DNA of 63,579 bases, counting the filler, from Octopus bimaculoides (Eukaryota), in the NCBI RefSeq assembly GCF_001194135.2. It is 7 parts of 6 records of this genome, joined end to end, with 100 filler letters (N's around TTAATTAATTAA, not from the genome) between each part and the next. Parts side by side here need not be neighbours in the genome. Positions count along the whole stretch, not along the records: positions 1 to 17,997 come from NC_069010.1; 6 more parts are not named here. One strand, written 5' to 3'. Below the pieces are notes generated by a model. The model saw only the letters and a program-made list of their open reading frames with translations. It made no database searches and was not told the DNA's origin. Below are positions 1-11,990 of this stretch, in pieces. Position numbers and translations under genes: made by a program. How positions within the stretch are numbered: position 1 is the stretch's first letter; each line of letters starts with the position of its first letter.

Positions 1-539
1 GTATCCCTCCTACCCATACCACTACCCCTACTATCATCACTACCCTTATTACCAGCATTACTAAACAAACCCTCGCCCTAAAATCACCTTTTTTCCAACC
101 CCATCCCACCCTTCCACTGACTTCCTACTAGACACCCCCTACCCTACCCTACCCAACACCACCTTCTCCCTTCTGTTTCTTTCTTTTTTTTTTTTTTTTG
201 CTCCGCTCCATTCTAGACCCTGACCCCTCGCCCCCCCCTCCTAAGCAGAGAAGCTGCCACTTCTCCTGTCACGATCACTGCCTCCACCATCATGGCAGCC
301 AGCAGCAGCAGCAGCAGTAGTAGTAGATATTCGTACCGCTCTCTTTATTTTCTGACCTTCCTCCACGCCGCCTACCACCCGACCCCTGACCTCTGTACCC
401 TTTTCCCTATTGACCTCTCCCCCTAAAGCAAATTTATCAAGTAGACCAATATGATGCAATTCCACAATTTAGACTAACAGAACTACGAACCCTGTACTTA
501 GTCCATATTGCCATTATTTTCGTCCCATCTTACCAGTAA

Positions 540-1892
540 GTATTATTATTGTTGTTATTGTTGTTATTGTTATTATTGAGTGAGTGAGCAGAGTGACGCT
601 GGGGCACAAATATATGAAGGTCCCTGAATAAAGGTTCGTTTAAGGGTGTTGAGCAACACACCCATGTTTCCAGAAGTGAATTAGCCAAACCCCAAAGAAT
701 TCCTCTCAGCACATGGCTATGATGCTCCCCCACTACTTCTGCTCGTGATCAGAGATGCACATATCGTCAGCCACCAAGGGACATGCTCAACTGGTTAAGG
801 TCAAACAACTGACAAGCAAATCTGTGGTATTGAGCAGAATATTTGTTGTAGGCCATCTTTTATACCAAGACAAAACAATGAACATGATAACACTTCCAAT
901 CAGTTAAAATCAGAAGCCATGAGAGCCACTGCCTGGTACTGCATCAGGCCATTAGCAAATCTGTGGTATTGAGCAGAATATTTGCTGTAACCCATCTTTT
1001 ATACCATGACAAAACAATGTNNNNNNNNNNNNNNNNNNNNNNNNNNNNNNNNNNNNNNNNNNNNNNNNNNNNNNNNNNNNNNNNNNNNNNNNNNNNNNNN
1101 NNNNNNNNNNNNNNNNNNNNNNNNNNNNNNNNNNNNNNNNNNNNNNNNNNNNNNNNNNNNNNNNNNNNNNNNNNNNNNNNNNNNNNNNNNNNNNNNNNNN
1201 NNNNNNNNNNNNNNNNNNNNNNNNNNNNNNNNNNNNNNNNNNNNNNNNNNNNNNNNNNNNGCCAAACCCCAAAGAATTCCTCTCAGCACATGGCTATGAT
1301 GCTCCCCCACTACTTCTGCTCGTGATCAGAGATGCACATATCGTCAGCCACCAAGGGACATGCTCAACTGGTTAAGGTCAAACAACTGACAAGCAAATCT
1401 GTGGTATTGAGCAGAATATTTGTTGTAGGCCATCTTTTATACCAAGACAAAACAATGAACATGATAACACTTCCAATCAGTTAAAATCAGAAGCCATGAG
1501 AGCCACTGCCTGGTACTGCATCAGGCCATTAGCAAATCTGTGGTATTGAGCAGAATATTTGCTGTAACCCATCTTTTATACCATGACAAAACAATGTACA
1601 TGATAAGGCTTCCAATCAGTTAAGATCAGAAACCATGAGAGCCACTGCCTGGTACTGCATCAGGGCATTAGCAAATCTGTGGTATTGAGCAGAATATTTG
1701 CTGCAGGCCATCTTTTTATACCAAGACAAAACAATGTACATGATAACACNNNNNNNNNNGCCTGGTACTGCATCAGGGCATTAGCAAATCTGTGGTATTG
1801 AGCAGAATATTTGCTGTAGGCCATCTTTTTATACCAAGACAAAACAATGTACATGATAACACTTCCAATCAGTTAAGATCAGAAACCATGAG
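540..1892 (-). mobile_element. (AAT)n-tailed non-autonomous interspersed repeat with internal ~138-bp tandem amplification
   Basis: Same family as 26085-26630. The unit gcaaatctgtggtattgagcagaatatttg... recurs near 817, 955, 1393, 1531, 1671 and 1784. The (AAT)n tail on the minus strand is at 540-577. Part of the repetition (684-1020 = 1261-1597) flanks a gap. Confidence 0.7.
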
Positions 1893-2001
1893 AGCCACTG
1901 AGTTGGCAGAATCTTTAGCATACTGGACGAAATGCGTAGTGGTATTTCACCCGTCACTTCAGGCCTTATGCCTTTAGCAGAAAGGATTGTTGTTGTTGCA
2001 G

Positions 2002-2036
<35 letters not shown>

Positions 2037-2522
2037 ATTGTTGTTCTTTTCCCACTAGGTTCTACACTGTCGGTTTGAAACAAAGCTACCATCTCTATAC
2101 GGCGACGTTGGACGAAATTATTTTTTCAAGCTTTCGACATAAAAGAAATTTTAAAAGGCAAAAACGATAAAAAAAACAGAAAACGGAACAAAGAAGAAAA
2201 GAAACAAACAAACACCTTTACATTCATTTGTTGTCTCCTATTTTTTTTTTCTTCGTCTTCTTCTTTTGAATGAAGAAGAGGAAGAAGAAGAAAACGCAAA
2301 ATGATGAAATGTAAAAGAAAGATTGAGAAAATAAAATGAATTCAAAATGCATCAATAGACAAAGATTAATTGGTTGTTGTTTTAATTCTTGTTGTTGCTG
2401 TAGCACTTGTTGTTGTTGTTGGTGTTGTGATGGTGATGATGACGACGACGACGACGATGATGATGATGATGATGACAATGATGGCGATGTTCATGATAGT
2501 GGTAATCAACGCCATTGTCGTT

Positions 2523-3480
2523 TTAACCCTTTTGTTACCATATTTCTGTTGAGATGCTCTCTGTCTCTTTCAATTAATTTTAAATATAACAAAGAATTTA
2601 GTAAAATAACTTAGTTATCATTAAGCTGGTGTTAGGAACAAATTGTGACTAAGGTTTGGTGGAAGATTTTAATTCAAAACTTTTGAAAACAAGACATTTG
2701 TACTACAGAACCAGAGGTGGTTTCAACCAGGTTGGTATCAAAAGGGTTAAAAATATCATGGTGACTTTAACCCTTTTGTTAGCATATTTCTGTTGAAATG
2801 CTCTGTGTTTCTTTCAATTAATTTTAAATATAACCAAGAATTTAGTAAAGTAACTCNNNNNNNNNNNNNNNNNNNNNNNNNNNNNNNNNNNNNNNNNNNN
2901 NNNNNNNNNNNNNNNNNNNNNNNNNNNNNNNNNNNNNNNNNNNNNNNNNNNNNNNNNNNNNNNNNNNNNNNNNNNNNNNNNNNNNNNNNNNNNNNNNNNN
3001 NNNNNNNNNNNNNNNNNNNNNNNNNNNNNNNNNNNNNNNNNNNNNNNNNNNNNNNNNNNNNNNNNNNNNNNNNNNNNNNNNNNNNNNNNNNNNNNNNNNN
3101 NATCAAAAGGGTTAAAAATATCATGGTGACTTTAACCCTTTTGTTAGCATATTTCTGTTGCGATGCTCTGTGTTTCTTTCAATTGATTTTAAATATAACA
3201 AAGAATTTAGTAAAATAACTTAGTTATTAGCCAGTGTTAGGAACATAAATTGTGACTAAGGTTTGGTGGAAGATTTTAATTCAGAAATTATAAAAACAAG
3301 GTATTAGTACTACAGAACCAGAGGTGGTTTCAACCAGGCTGGTATCAAAAGGGTTAAAAATATCATGGTGACTTTAACCCTTTTGTTAGCATATTTCTGT
3401 TGAAATGCTCTGTGTTTCTTTCAATTAATTTTAAATATAACCAAGAATTTAGTAAAGTAACTCAGTTATCATTAAGCCAG
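2523..3480. mobile_element. Tandem array of TTAA-flanked (piggyBac-like) MITE, ~243-bp period
   Basis: Termini TTAACCCTTTTG...CAAAAGGGTTAA at 2523-2750 and 3132-3357; further starts at 2767 and 3374; spacer aaatatcatggtgact between units. Confidence 0.75.
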
Positions 3481-3489
3481 TATCATCAC

Positions 3490-4030
3490 TGACACAGGTT
3501 CCCATCATGTTGGAAAAGAGATGATAGTCAGATGGGGCCAAATCAGAAGATTAGGGAGCACGATCAGCCAGATCAAGCCACAATCATGCACAGCAGTTAT
3601 TGAGACCAAAGACTTGTGTGTTGGAGCTTTGTCCTATTGAAACAAAACCCTTTTTAGGGTTTTCTGGGGCGTTTGGTTTTAATAGTCTTTCTTAACTGCC
3701 TCAACAACTTGGCATAGTATACTCCATTGATGGTGTGACCCTTTTGAAGGGTCAATAAACACAATGTCTTTTGCATCCCAAACAAACTGAGGCCTTCACC
3801 TTCACTGCAGATGAAGCGATCTTGGCCTTCTTTGAAGCAGGTTATGAGGGGGTGTTTCCACTACATGGATTGTCTCTTTGTCTTTCACTCAAATTGATGA
3901 AGCGAAAACTCACGCAGGCTTAGGAATCGTTCAAGAAAACCGGCTGAATCTGGTTCAAACAATGTCGTTTTCTTCCCTGGGTTGGTCAATGCTAAATATG
4001 CTTTACATGAAAGACAAGAAACAAACGACA
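3490..4030 (-). pseudogene. Decayed mariner (D,D34D-type) transposase fragment
   Basis: Minus-strand frames give FEPDSAGFLERFL, (E)TKRQSM*WKH, KKAK..SS.VK....WDAKDIVFID and KRVLFQ*DKAPTHKSLVS, with stops and frameshifts. Confidence 0.8.
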
Positions 4031-5634
4031 TCGCTTGCATGATGATGTTGATGATGATGATGCTTGTTTGCAATGATGATGTGAAGACAAGGTCACATGC
4101 ATACACACACACACAACACACACACATATACATGCACACAACAGGTTTCTTTTAGTGTCTGACAGCCAAGTCCACTCACAAGACTTTGGTCATCCTAAGG
4201 CTATAATAGAAGATACTAGCCCACTGTGTCATGCAGCGGCACTGAACCCACGTCTGCTGGTTCTTATTTCATTGACCCCGAAAGGTTGCAAGGCTTAAGT
4301 TGACTTTGGCAGTTAAGGGTACACGTGTCTGTGGAGTGCTCAGCCACTTGCACATTAATTTCACGAGTAGGCTGTTCCGTTGATCGGATCAACTGGAACC
4401 CTCGACGTCATAACCGACAGAGTGCCAACAATGTACATGCGTGTGTACTAGCATGCGCTAAATAAAAAAAAACTACGAACATTAAATGATGATGATGATG
4501 ATGACATAGAGATAGATAGAAAGACATACACAAACAGATGATATATATATATATANNNNNNNNNNNNNNNNNNNNNNNNNNNNNNNNNNNNNNNNNNNNN
4601 NNNNNNNNNNNNNNNNNNNNNNNNNNNNNNNNNNNNNNNNNNNNNNNNNNNNNNNNNNNNNNNNNNNNNNNNNNNNNNNNNNNNNNNNNNNNNNNNNNNN
4701 NNNNNNNNNNNNNNNNNNNNNNNNNNNNNNNNNNNNNNNNNNNNNNNNNNNNNNNNNNNNNNNNNNNNNNNNNNNNNNNNNNNNNNNNNNNNNNNNNNNN
4801 NNNNNNNNNNNNNNNNNNNNNNNNNNNNNNNNNNNNNNNNNNNNNNNNNNNNNNNNNNNNNNNNNNNNNNNNNNNNNNNNNNNNNNNNNNNNNNNNNNNN
4901 NNNNNNNNNNNNNNNNNNNNNNNNNNNNNNNNNNNNNNNNNNNNNNNNNNNNNNNNNNNNNNNNNNNNNNNNNNNNNNNNNNNNNNNNNNNNNNNNNNNN
5001 NNNNNNNNNNNNNNNNNNNNNNNNNNNNNNNNNNNNNNNNNNNNNNNNNNNNNNNNNNNNNNNNNNNNNNNNNNNNNNNNNNNNNNNNNNNNNNNNNNNN
5101 NNNNNNNNNNNNNNNNNNNNNNNNNNNNNNNNNNNNNNNNNNNNNNNNNNNNNNNNNNNNNNNNNNNNNNNNNNNNNNNNNNNNNNNNNNNNNNNNNNNN
5201 NNNNNNNNNNNNNNNNNNNNNNNNNNNNNNNNNNNNNNNNNNNNNNNNNNNNNNNNNNNNNNNNNNNNNNNNNNNNNNNNNNNNNNNNNNNNNNNNNNNN
5301 NNNNNNNNNNNNNNNNNNNNNNNNNNNNNNNNNNNNNNNNNNNNNNNNNNNNNNNNNNNNNNNNNNNNNNNNNNNNNNNNNNNNNNNNNNNNNNNNNNNN
5401 NNNNNNNNNNNNNNNNNNNNNNNNNNNNNNNNNNNNNNNNNNNNNNNNNNNNNNNNNNNNNNNNNTTTGAACAACTGCATAGGTATGCAGAGTAATTAGT
5501 TTCATCTCAAGATATGAGATAATTAGTCACACATTAATTAATCAATCCGTTAATTGCAAAGGATGAAAATTTGTAACATTAGGAACAATGAACTCCTCGT
5601 AGAGTTTGCATTGCATTATCTTGTGGGACCTTTG

Positions 5635-6023
5635 ATCTTGTTTCGGTCATTTGACTGCGGCCATGCTGGAGCACCGCCTTTTTAGTCGAGCAAATCGACC
5701 TCCGGGACTTATTCTTTGCAAGCCTAGTACTTATTCTGTCGGTCTCTTTTTGCCGAGCCGCTAAGTTACGGGGACGTAAACACACCACCATCGGTTGTCA
5801 AGCTTTTGTTGAGGGAACAAACACAGAAACACACACACATATATATATATACATATATACTACGGGCTTCTTGCAGTTTCCATCTACCAAATCCACTCAC
5901 AAGGCTTTGGTCGGCCCGAGGCTATAGTAGAAGACACTTGCCCAAGGTTCCACGCAGTGGGACTGAACCTGGAATCATGTGGTTGGTAAGCAAGCTACTT
6001 ACCACACAGCCACTCCTGCGCCT
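5635..6023 (-). mobile_element. tRNA-headed SINE (family B) with internal CA/TA microsatellite
   Basis: Minus-strand head aggcgcaggagtggctgtgtggtaagtagc...ggttcagtccc (pol III A/B-box-like), a central microsatellite, and a 3' half ending cagcatggccgcagtcaaatgac. Confidence 0.85.
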
Positions 6024-6486
6024 TGGAGATATCATATTTTCGAAATAATCTTATTTCTAATTGGAAGATGTTCTTCAAGACATTAATTATATCAATTAGT
6101 TAATTACTTTGATTATGTGGTGGTGGTCGTGGTGGTGAGGAAGAAGAGGGGAAGACGAAGACGAAGAAGAAGAAGAAGAAGAAGAAGAAGAAGAAGAAGA
6201 AGAAGAAGAGTAGTGTCTCAGTAGCATTGTTGCGATTACTCTCACCAAATTCCCATAATCTCAAACATTATGGCAACAGACATTAACAATAACATTGTCC
6301 TTTCACGATACGTCGAATCTGTTTCCCTCCTCAATTCCCCTCCAGTGTATATTTGCATAAAGTCAAGCCTACTGGAAACATGATGTGAAGAAATTTGGTG
6401 AAAGCAGTATTGTTCTTCTCCACATCTTCGAAAGTTCCCAATCATCTTCTCTGACAGGTAAGTCTCCACACACACACACACACACA

Positions 6487-7160
6487 CGTGTGGTAAGTAG
6501 CTTGCTTGCCAATCACATGGTTCCGGATTCATTCCCACTGCGTGGCACCTTGGGCAAGTGTCTTCTACTATAGCCTCGGGCCGACCAAAGCCTTGTGAGT
6601 GGATTTGGTAGACGGAAACTGAAAGAAGCCCGTTGTANNNNNNNNNNNNNNNNNNNNNNNNNNNNNNNNNNNNNNNNNNNNNNNNNNNNNNNNNNNNNNN
6701 NNNNNNNNNNNNNNNNNNNNNNNNNNNNNNNNNNNNNNNNNNNNNNNNNNNNNNNNNNNNNNNNNNNNNNNNNNNNNNNNNNNNNNNNNNNNNNNNNNNN
6801 NNNNNNNNNNNNNNNNNNNNNNNNNNNNNNNNNNNNNNNNNNNNNNNNNNNNNNNNNNNNNNNNNNNNNNNNNNNNNNNNNNNNNNNNNNNNNNNNNNNN
6901 NNNNNNNNNNNNNNNNNNNNNNNNNNNNNNTATGTATATGTATATGTATGTGTGTGTATATGTTTGTGTGTCTGTGTTTGTCTCCCCCAACATCGCTTGA
7001 CAACCGATGCTGGTGTGTTTACGTCCCCGTAACTTAGCGGTTCCGCAAAAGAGAACGATAGAATAAGTACTAGGCATCCAAAGAATAAGTCCTGGGGTCG
7101 ATTTTCTCAACTAAAAGGGTGGTGCTCCAGCATGGCCGCAGTCAAATGACTGAAACAAAT
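6487..7160 (+). mobile_element. Family B SINE; internal microsatellite collapsed into an N gap
   Basis: Head half 6487-6637, gap 6638-6930, (TG)/(TA) remnant, then the 3' half to about 7160. Confidence 0.85.
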
Positions 7161-7877
7161 TAGTTGAGAGGGAGGATGTGCAGAAAGTGTAATAGCTAGA
7201 ATTAGAACAGGATGGAGAAAATTCAGAGCTTTACCTCTGCTGGCAACCAAAGGTTTCACTCTCTCTCTCTCTCTCTCTGTCTCTGAGTGAGAAGATTGTA
7301 TGATGCATGTATACGAACAGAAATGTTACATATGTTATAAACATCCCTAATTTTAACTTTGGTTTTGGTGGGGAAAATAGAGTTTAATACACATGGAGTT
7401 TTGTAGTAGCTTCAAAAAAAAAACAATCTTGGACACCTCTGAGATATCAAAAATGTGTTTTCTTCGCGCAAGAGCATCCATCTTCTTCAAATACAAACTG
7501 TAATAATTACACACAATTTATGTCTTTTTAATTGATTTTTATTTCATTTTACATTATTTCATTTATTTTTTTAATATTTTTTTTTTTTTTCCAGAAAATA
7601 TATTGAGTGAAATTCAAAAGAAATTTAATGATTTTTAATAATATTCCTGAAATATGTAGTGTTGTATTTATTTTATTTATAATTTTGGTTGTATTTTTGT
7701 TTATACATTTATTTATTTTGCATTTCTGTTTGATGAAAATAACACGAAAAATGTGCTTTCGAAACTTGGAACAGTTTTAACATCATCAGCATGATTAACG
7801 AGGTGAGCTGGCAGAATTTTTAGCAATTATTAGCACGCAATTATTAGTATGTAATTATTAGCATACAATTATTAGCA

Positions 7878-8090
7878 TAGTGGAGGTGCGTGGCTTAGTG
7901 GTTAGGGGTGTCATAATCATGATCGTAAGATTGTGGTTTCGATTCCTGGGCCAGGCGACATGTTGTGTTCTTGAGCAAAACACTTCTTTTCACGTTGCTC
8001 CAGTCCACTCAGCTGGCAAAAATGAGTAACGCTGCGATGGGCTGGCGTCCTGTCCAGGTGGGAAACACATACGTCATAGAAACCACTAAG
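7878..8090 (+). mobile_element. tRNA-headed SINE (family F)
   Basis: Head gtggaggtgcgtggcttagtggttagg with B-box ggtttcgattcc; homologous to 49307-49568 and 33645-33830. Confidence 0.8.
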
Positions 8091-8221
8091 TACTGGGGTC
8101 AATTCATTCAACTAAAGCTTCAAGGTGGTGCCCTAGCATGACCACAGTCTAATGACTGCAACAAGTAACAGATAACAGACAGAAGATATAACATAAATAT
8201 ATCTGAATGTTATACATGTAT

Positions 8222-8437
8222 ATATTTCTTTATTGCCCACAAGGGGCTAAACATAGAGGAGACAAACAAGGATTAAGTCGATTACGTCAACCCCAGTGTA
8301 TAACTGGTACTTATTTAATCGACCTAGAAAGGATGAAATGAAAAGTCAACCTCGACAGAATTTGAACTCAGAACGTAAAGACAGACGAAATACCGCTAAG
8401 CATTTTGCCCGGCGTGCTAACGGTTCTGCCAGCTCAC
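8222..8437 (-). mobile_element. SINE family D (core tcgaccccgaaaggatgaaaggcaaagtcgac type)
   Basis: Core tcgacctagaaaggatgaaatgaaaagtcaacctcg. Homologues at about 9979-10378, 17075-17400, 18385-18527, 24003-24212, 24900-25035, 28725-28935, 35195-35341 and 47475-47735. Confidence 0.85.
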
Positions 8438-8459
8438 CACCCTATGTTATATGTGTATA

Positions 8460-8680
8460 ACGTTCGTGTGCAGATTCGACAGAGGGTGTAAGTGGTTTGA
8501 GAGAAAAACTGGGTATGTGGAGCATCAGGTGTAGTGTGCAAGTGAGAAGACAGTGCTGATACGACCATGTAATATGTACGAACGAAGTCAGTTGTATTAC
8601 GGAGTGTCAAACTCTATTTGTGTAGGAAACATGTGGAAGGGGTAGACCCAAGAAGACTTGGGACGTCCAAGAAAGACAGT
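8460..8680 (+). mobile_element. Degenerate RTE LINE 3' fragment
   Basis: Contains ...GRGRPKKTWD, the typical C-terminus of RTE ORF2. Confidence 0.6.
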
Positions 8681-8879
8681 TCTGCAATTTCTTGTTGAAG
8701 AACCGGCACAAATGATTTGTTTATAGCGATCAAAGATACATGGAAACACCTAGCATCATAGCATTATAATTTTGAAGTATCTGTAAAACCGTCAAAAGCT
8801 TGTTTATTTTTATGTTTTTTGATTTATTATTAGTGTTGCTTAATATGTTTTGCTAAAATTGCTGTTTTTTTTCCAGATA

Positions 8880-9292
8880 TCATCAGAAAAAGGTAAATAA
8901 ATTTCGTTAAAATGACAGATCTATCGGACTTTCAAAGAGGTCAAATTGTTGGTGCTCGCATTGGCGGGCGCTGGCGTAACGAAAACAGCCGAAATGTTTG
9001 GTGTATCAAGAAGTACCAGTTACGCACTGGGTCGATGTAATCGACTTAATCCGTTCGTCTGTCCTTGTTTGTTCCCTCTATGTTTAGCCCCTTGTGGGCA
9101 ATAAAGAAATAAGAAGTACTGTCTCGAAAGTAACGACAGCTTTTGAAAAAAGAAGGAAAAAAACCTCCTCTTCGAAACAAAACTCCAGAAGAAAACCAAA
9201 ACTTTCAGATAGGGACCGTCGGACTCTTACAGAAATTGTTAGAAAGGGTCACAAAAGTACAGCTCCCAAAATAACTGCAGAGCTTAATGATC
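8880..9292 (+). pseudogene. Tc1-like transposase N-terminus interrupted by a SINE D fragment
   Basis: MTDLSDFQRGQIVGAR...TAEMFGVSRST | VSKVTTAFEK...RKPKLSDRDRRTLTEIVRKGHKSTAPKITAELN. The insertion is flanked by direct repeat aagaagtac at 9008-9016 and 9111-9119. Confidence 0.85.
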
Positions 9293-9978
9293 GGATCAAC
9301 TGGGACCCACGTTGTCGTCGCGACCGACGGAGAGCCGGTCATAGGCCAACACGTCGGATGTGGAACCAAAGTTAAACAGTAAACAGTAACGCACACACAC
9401 AGCTACAGTTAACGTTGTAAGGGAGATAACTCAAAGCTGGTGTTTGAATCGATGCCANNNNNNNNNNNNNNNNNNNNNNNNNNNNNNNNNNNNNNNNNNN
9501 NNNNNNNNNNNNNNNNNNNNNNNNNNNNNNNNNNNNNNNNNNNNNNNNNNNNNNNNNNNNNNNNNNNNNNNNNNNNNNNNNNNNNNNNNNNNNNNNNNNN
9601 NNNNNNNNNNNNNNNNNNNNNNNNNNNNNNNNNNNNNNNNNNNNNNNNNNNNNNNNNNNNNNNNNNNNNNNNNNNNNNNNNNNNNNNNNNNNNNNNNNNN
9701 NNNNNNNNNNNNNNNNNNNNNNNNNNNNNNNNNNNNNNNNNNNNNNNNNNNNNNNNNNNNNNNNNNNNNNNNNNNNNNNNNNNNNNNNNNNNNNNNNNNN
9801 NNNNNNNNNNNNNNNNNNNNNNNNNNNNNNNNNNNNNNNNNNNNNNNNNNNNNNNNNNNNNNNNNNNNNNNNNNNNNNNNNNNNNNNNNNNNNNNNNNNN
9901 NNNNNNNNNNNNNNNNNNNNNNNNNNNNNNNNNNNNNNNNNNNNNNNNNNNNNNNNNNNNNNNNNNNNNNNNNNNNNN

Positions 9979-10378
9979 GGCAGACGATATGTTTATTTCT
10001 TTATTGCCGACAAGGGGCTACACATAGAGGGGACAAAGAAGGACAGGCAAAGGGATTAAGTCGATTACATCGACCCCAGTGCGTAACTGCTACTTAATTT
10101 ATCGACCCCGAAAGGAATTCGAACTCAGAACGTAGCGGCAGACGACATACCTATTTCTTTACTGCCCTCAAGGGGCTACACACAGAGGGGACAAACAAGG
10201 ACAGACAAACGGATTAAGTCGATTATATCGACCCCAGTGCGTAACTGGTACTTATTTAATCGACCCCGAAAGGATGAAAGGCAAAGTCGACCTCGGCGGA
10301 ATTTGAACTCAGAACGTAGCGGCAGACGACATACCGCCAAGCATTTCGCCCGGCCTGCTAACGTCTCTGCCAGCTCGC
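9979..10378 (-). mobile_element. Head-to-tail tandem of SINE D units
   Basis: A full unit at 10150-10378 is followed on the minus strand by a headless, internally deleted unit at 9990-10149; a third starts at the gap edge. Confidence 0.8.
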
Positions 10379-10559
10379 GCGCCGTCTGTTCAGTTTGTTA
10401 CTCCTGCGCATGCGTGATACAACAATGTTCACCATTCCTGGAAAGATGAGGCTGGATGCTCTGTTACCAAACTTCCATCAGACAGGTGATGCTGATAAGG
10501 AAAAAAAAACCCAGGTAGGTCTTGAATGTCTCATAGTGCAGAGAACTACCAATGTGTAG

Positions 10560-10880
10560 GGAAAGTCATTGAAGAAATATGTCCATGCTTCGATCGGTTC
10601 AACAGTTGAATATTCTGTGAACCAATGTGAGGAGAAGATTTTTGAAACAAGCCCTACACTTGTACCCCAGGGTATATAGAAGAAGGCCCCCACACACGGC
10701 AGGGGAACTAAAAGGAAGGATCTGTCGAGAGAGATTGCAGCCATTCCGGGGTTGATATGCTAATTCGTAAATGTTCTTGATATGAGAGAGTGAGCTTGTG
10801 AATGAATGTTCTCTTCATAGTGGTGGCCATCTCCAAGATGTAATATTCCAATCTTTGATAATTTATTGAACTCCTGTATA
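10560..10880 (+). pseudogene. Highly decayed Tc1/mariner-superfamily transposase C-terminus
   Basis: Frames give VYRRRPPHTAGELKGRICRE and SGGHLQDVIFQ; the element ends in ...ctcctg|tata. Confidence 0.55.
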
Positions 10881-10984
10881 TCAGTTATGTAATATAAATG
10901 TATTTAGTCCTCTATGTCATTCATGTGATACGAGATACTAGCATTTTAAATGTGTCCCATCAATGATGGTTCACCCTGTATATA

Positions 10985-11032
<48 letters not shown>

Positions 11033-11695
11033 AATTTATTAATAAGGATAGAAATAAACATTAATCAATTAAAACCAGTGGTCTAGCATATTAAAAAGAA
11101 AATCCGAAGATTAAAATTATATATTACATACAAAAATAAGAGGAATGACCAGCAAAAATGCTAGAAATAGATGCCGAATCATCTAACCACGAAAAAAATA
11201 TGTTCTCAGTAAAAATTAGCCATGGTACGTAGGTTAATCGTTTTTTTTATTTAGTATTTTTTCATTTGTCTTGGCCTTTTACAGTCTGTTGTGCCGCTAA
11301 ATCTTTACTGGGAACATATTTTTTCGTGGTTAGATGATTCGGCATCTATTTCTAGCATATATGAGTCCACTTTTGCTGGTCATTCCTCTTATTTTTGTAT
11401 GTAATATATATATATATATATATATCTGTGTGTGTGTGTGTNNNNNNNNNNNNNNNNNNNNNNNNNNNNNNNNNNNNNNNNNNNNNNNNNNNNNNNNNNN
11501 NNNNNNNNNNNNNNNNNNNNNNNNNNNNNNNNNNNNNNNNNNNNNNNNNNNNNNNNNNNNNNNNNNNNNNNNNNNNNNNNNNNNNNNNNNNNNNNNNNNN
11601 NNNNNNNNNNNNNNNNNNNNNNNNNNNNNNNNNNNNNNNNNTGTGTGTATGTATGTATATGTGTGTGTGTATGTATATATATATATATATATGTA

Positions 11696-11990
11696 TCATC
11701 ATCATCATTTAACGTCTGCTTTCCATGCTAGCATGGGTTGGACGATTTGACTGAGGACTGGTGAACCAGAAGGCTGCACCAGACTCCAATCTGATCTGGC
11801 AGAGTTTCTACAGCTGGATGCCCTTCCTAACGCCAACCACTCCGAGAGTGTAGTGGGTGCTTTTTACGTGCCACCGGCACGAGGGCCAGTCTGGCGGTAC
11901 TGGCAACGGCCACGCTCGAAATGGTGTATATTTTTTTTTTTTACGTGCCACCTGCAACAGGAGTCAGTCCAATGTTTTGTTCACATGCCA
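11696..11990 (-). mobile_element. (GAT)n-tailed retroelement 3' end (RTE-associated repeat)
   Basis: catcatcatttaacgtctgctttccatgctagcatggg... is shared with 13745-14096 (+) and 62545-62760 (-). Confidence 0.75.

Noticed and set aside
241-465. 74-aa minus-strand ORF as a possible GPCR C-terminal exon
   Set aside because: There is an in-frame TAA just upstream, no family motif, and part of it is a CTA/CTG repeat; it is four linkers away from the exons.
684-1597. 337-bp identical direct repeat (684-1020 and 1261-1597)
   Set aside because: It flanks an N gap exactly, which is typical of unmerged contig overlap.
790-1892. CRISPR-like regular repeats
   Set aside because: These are whole-unit tandem repeats with no unique spacers, in a eukaryotic context without cas genes.
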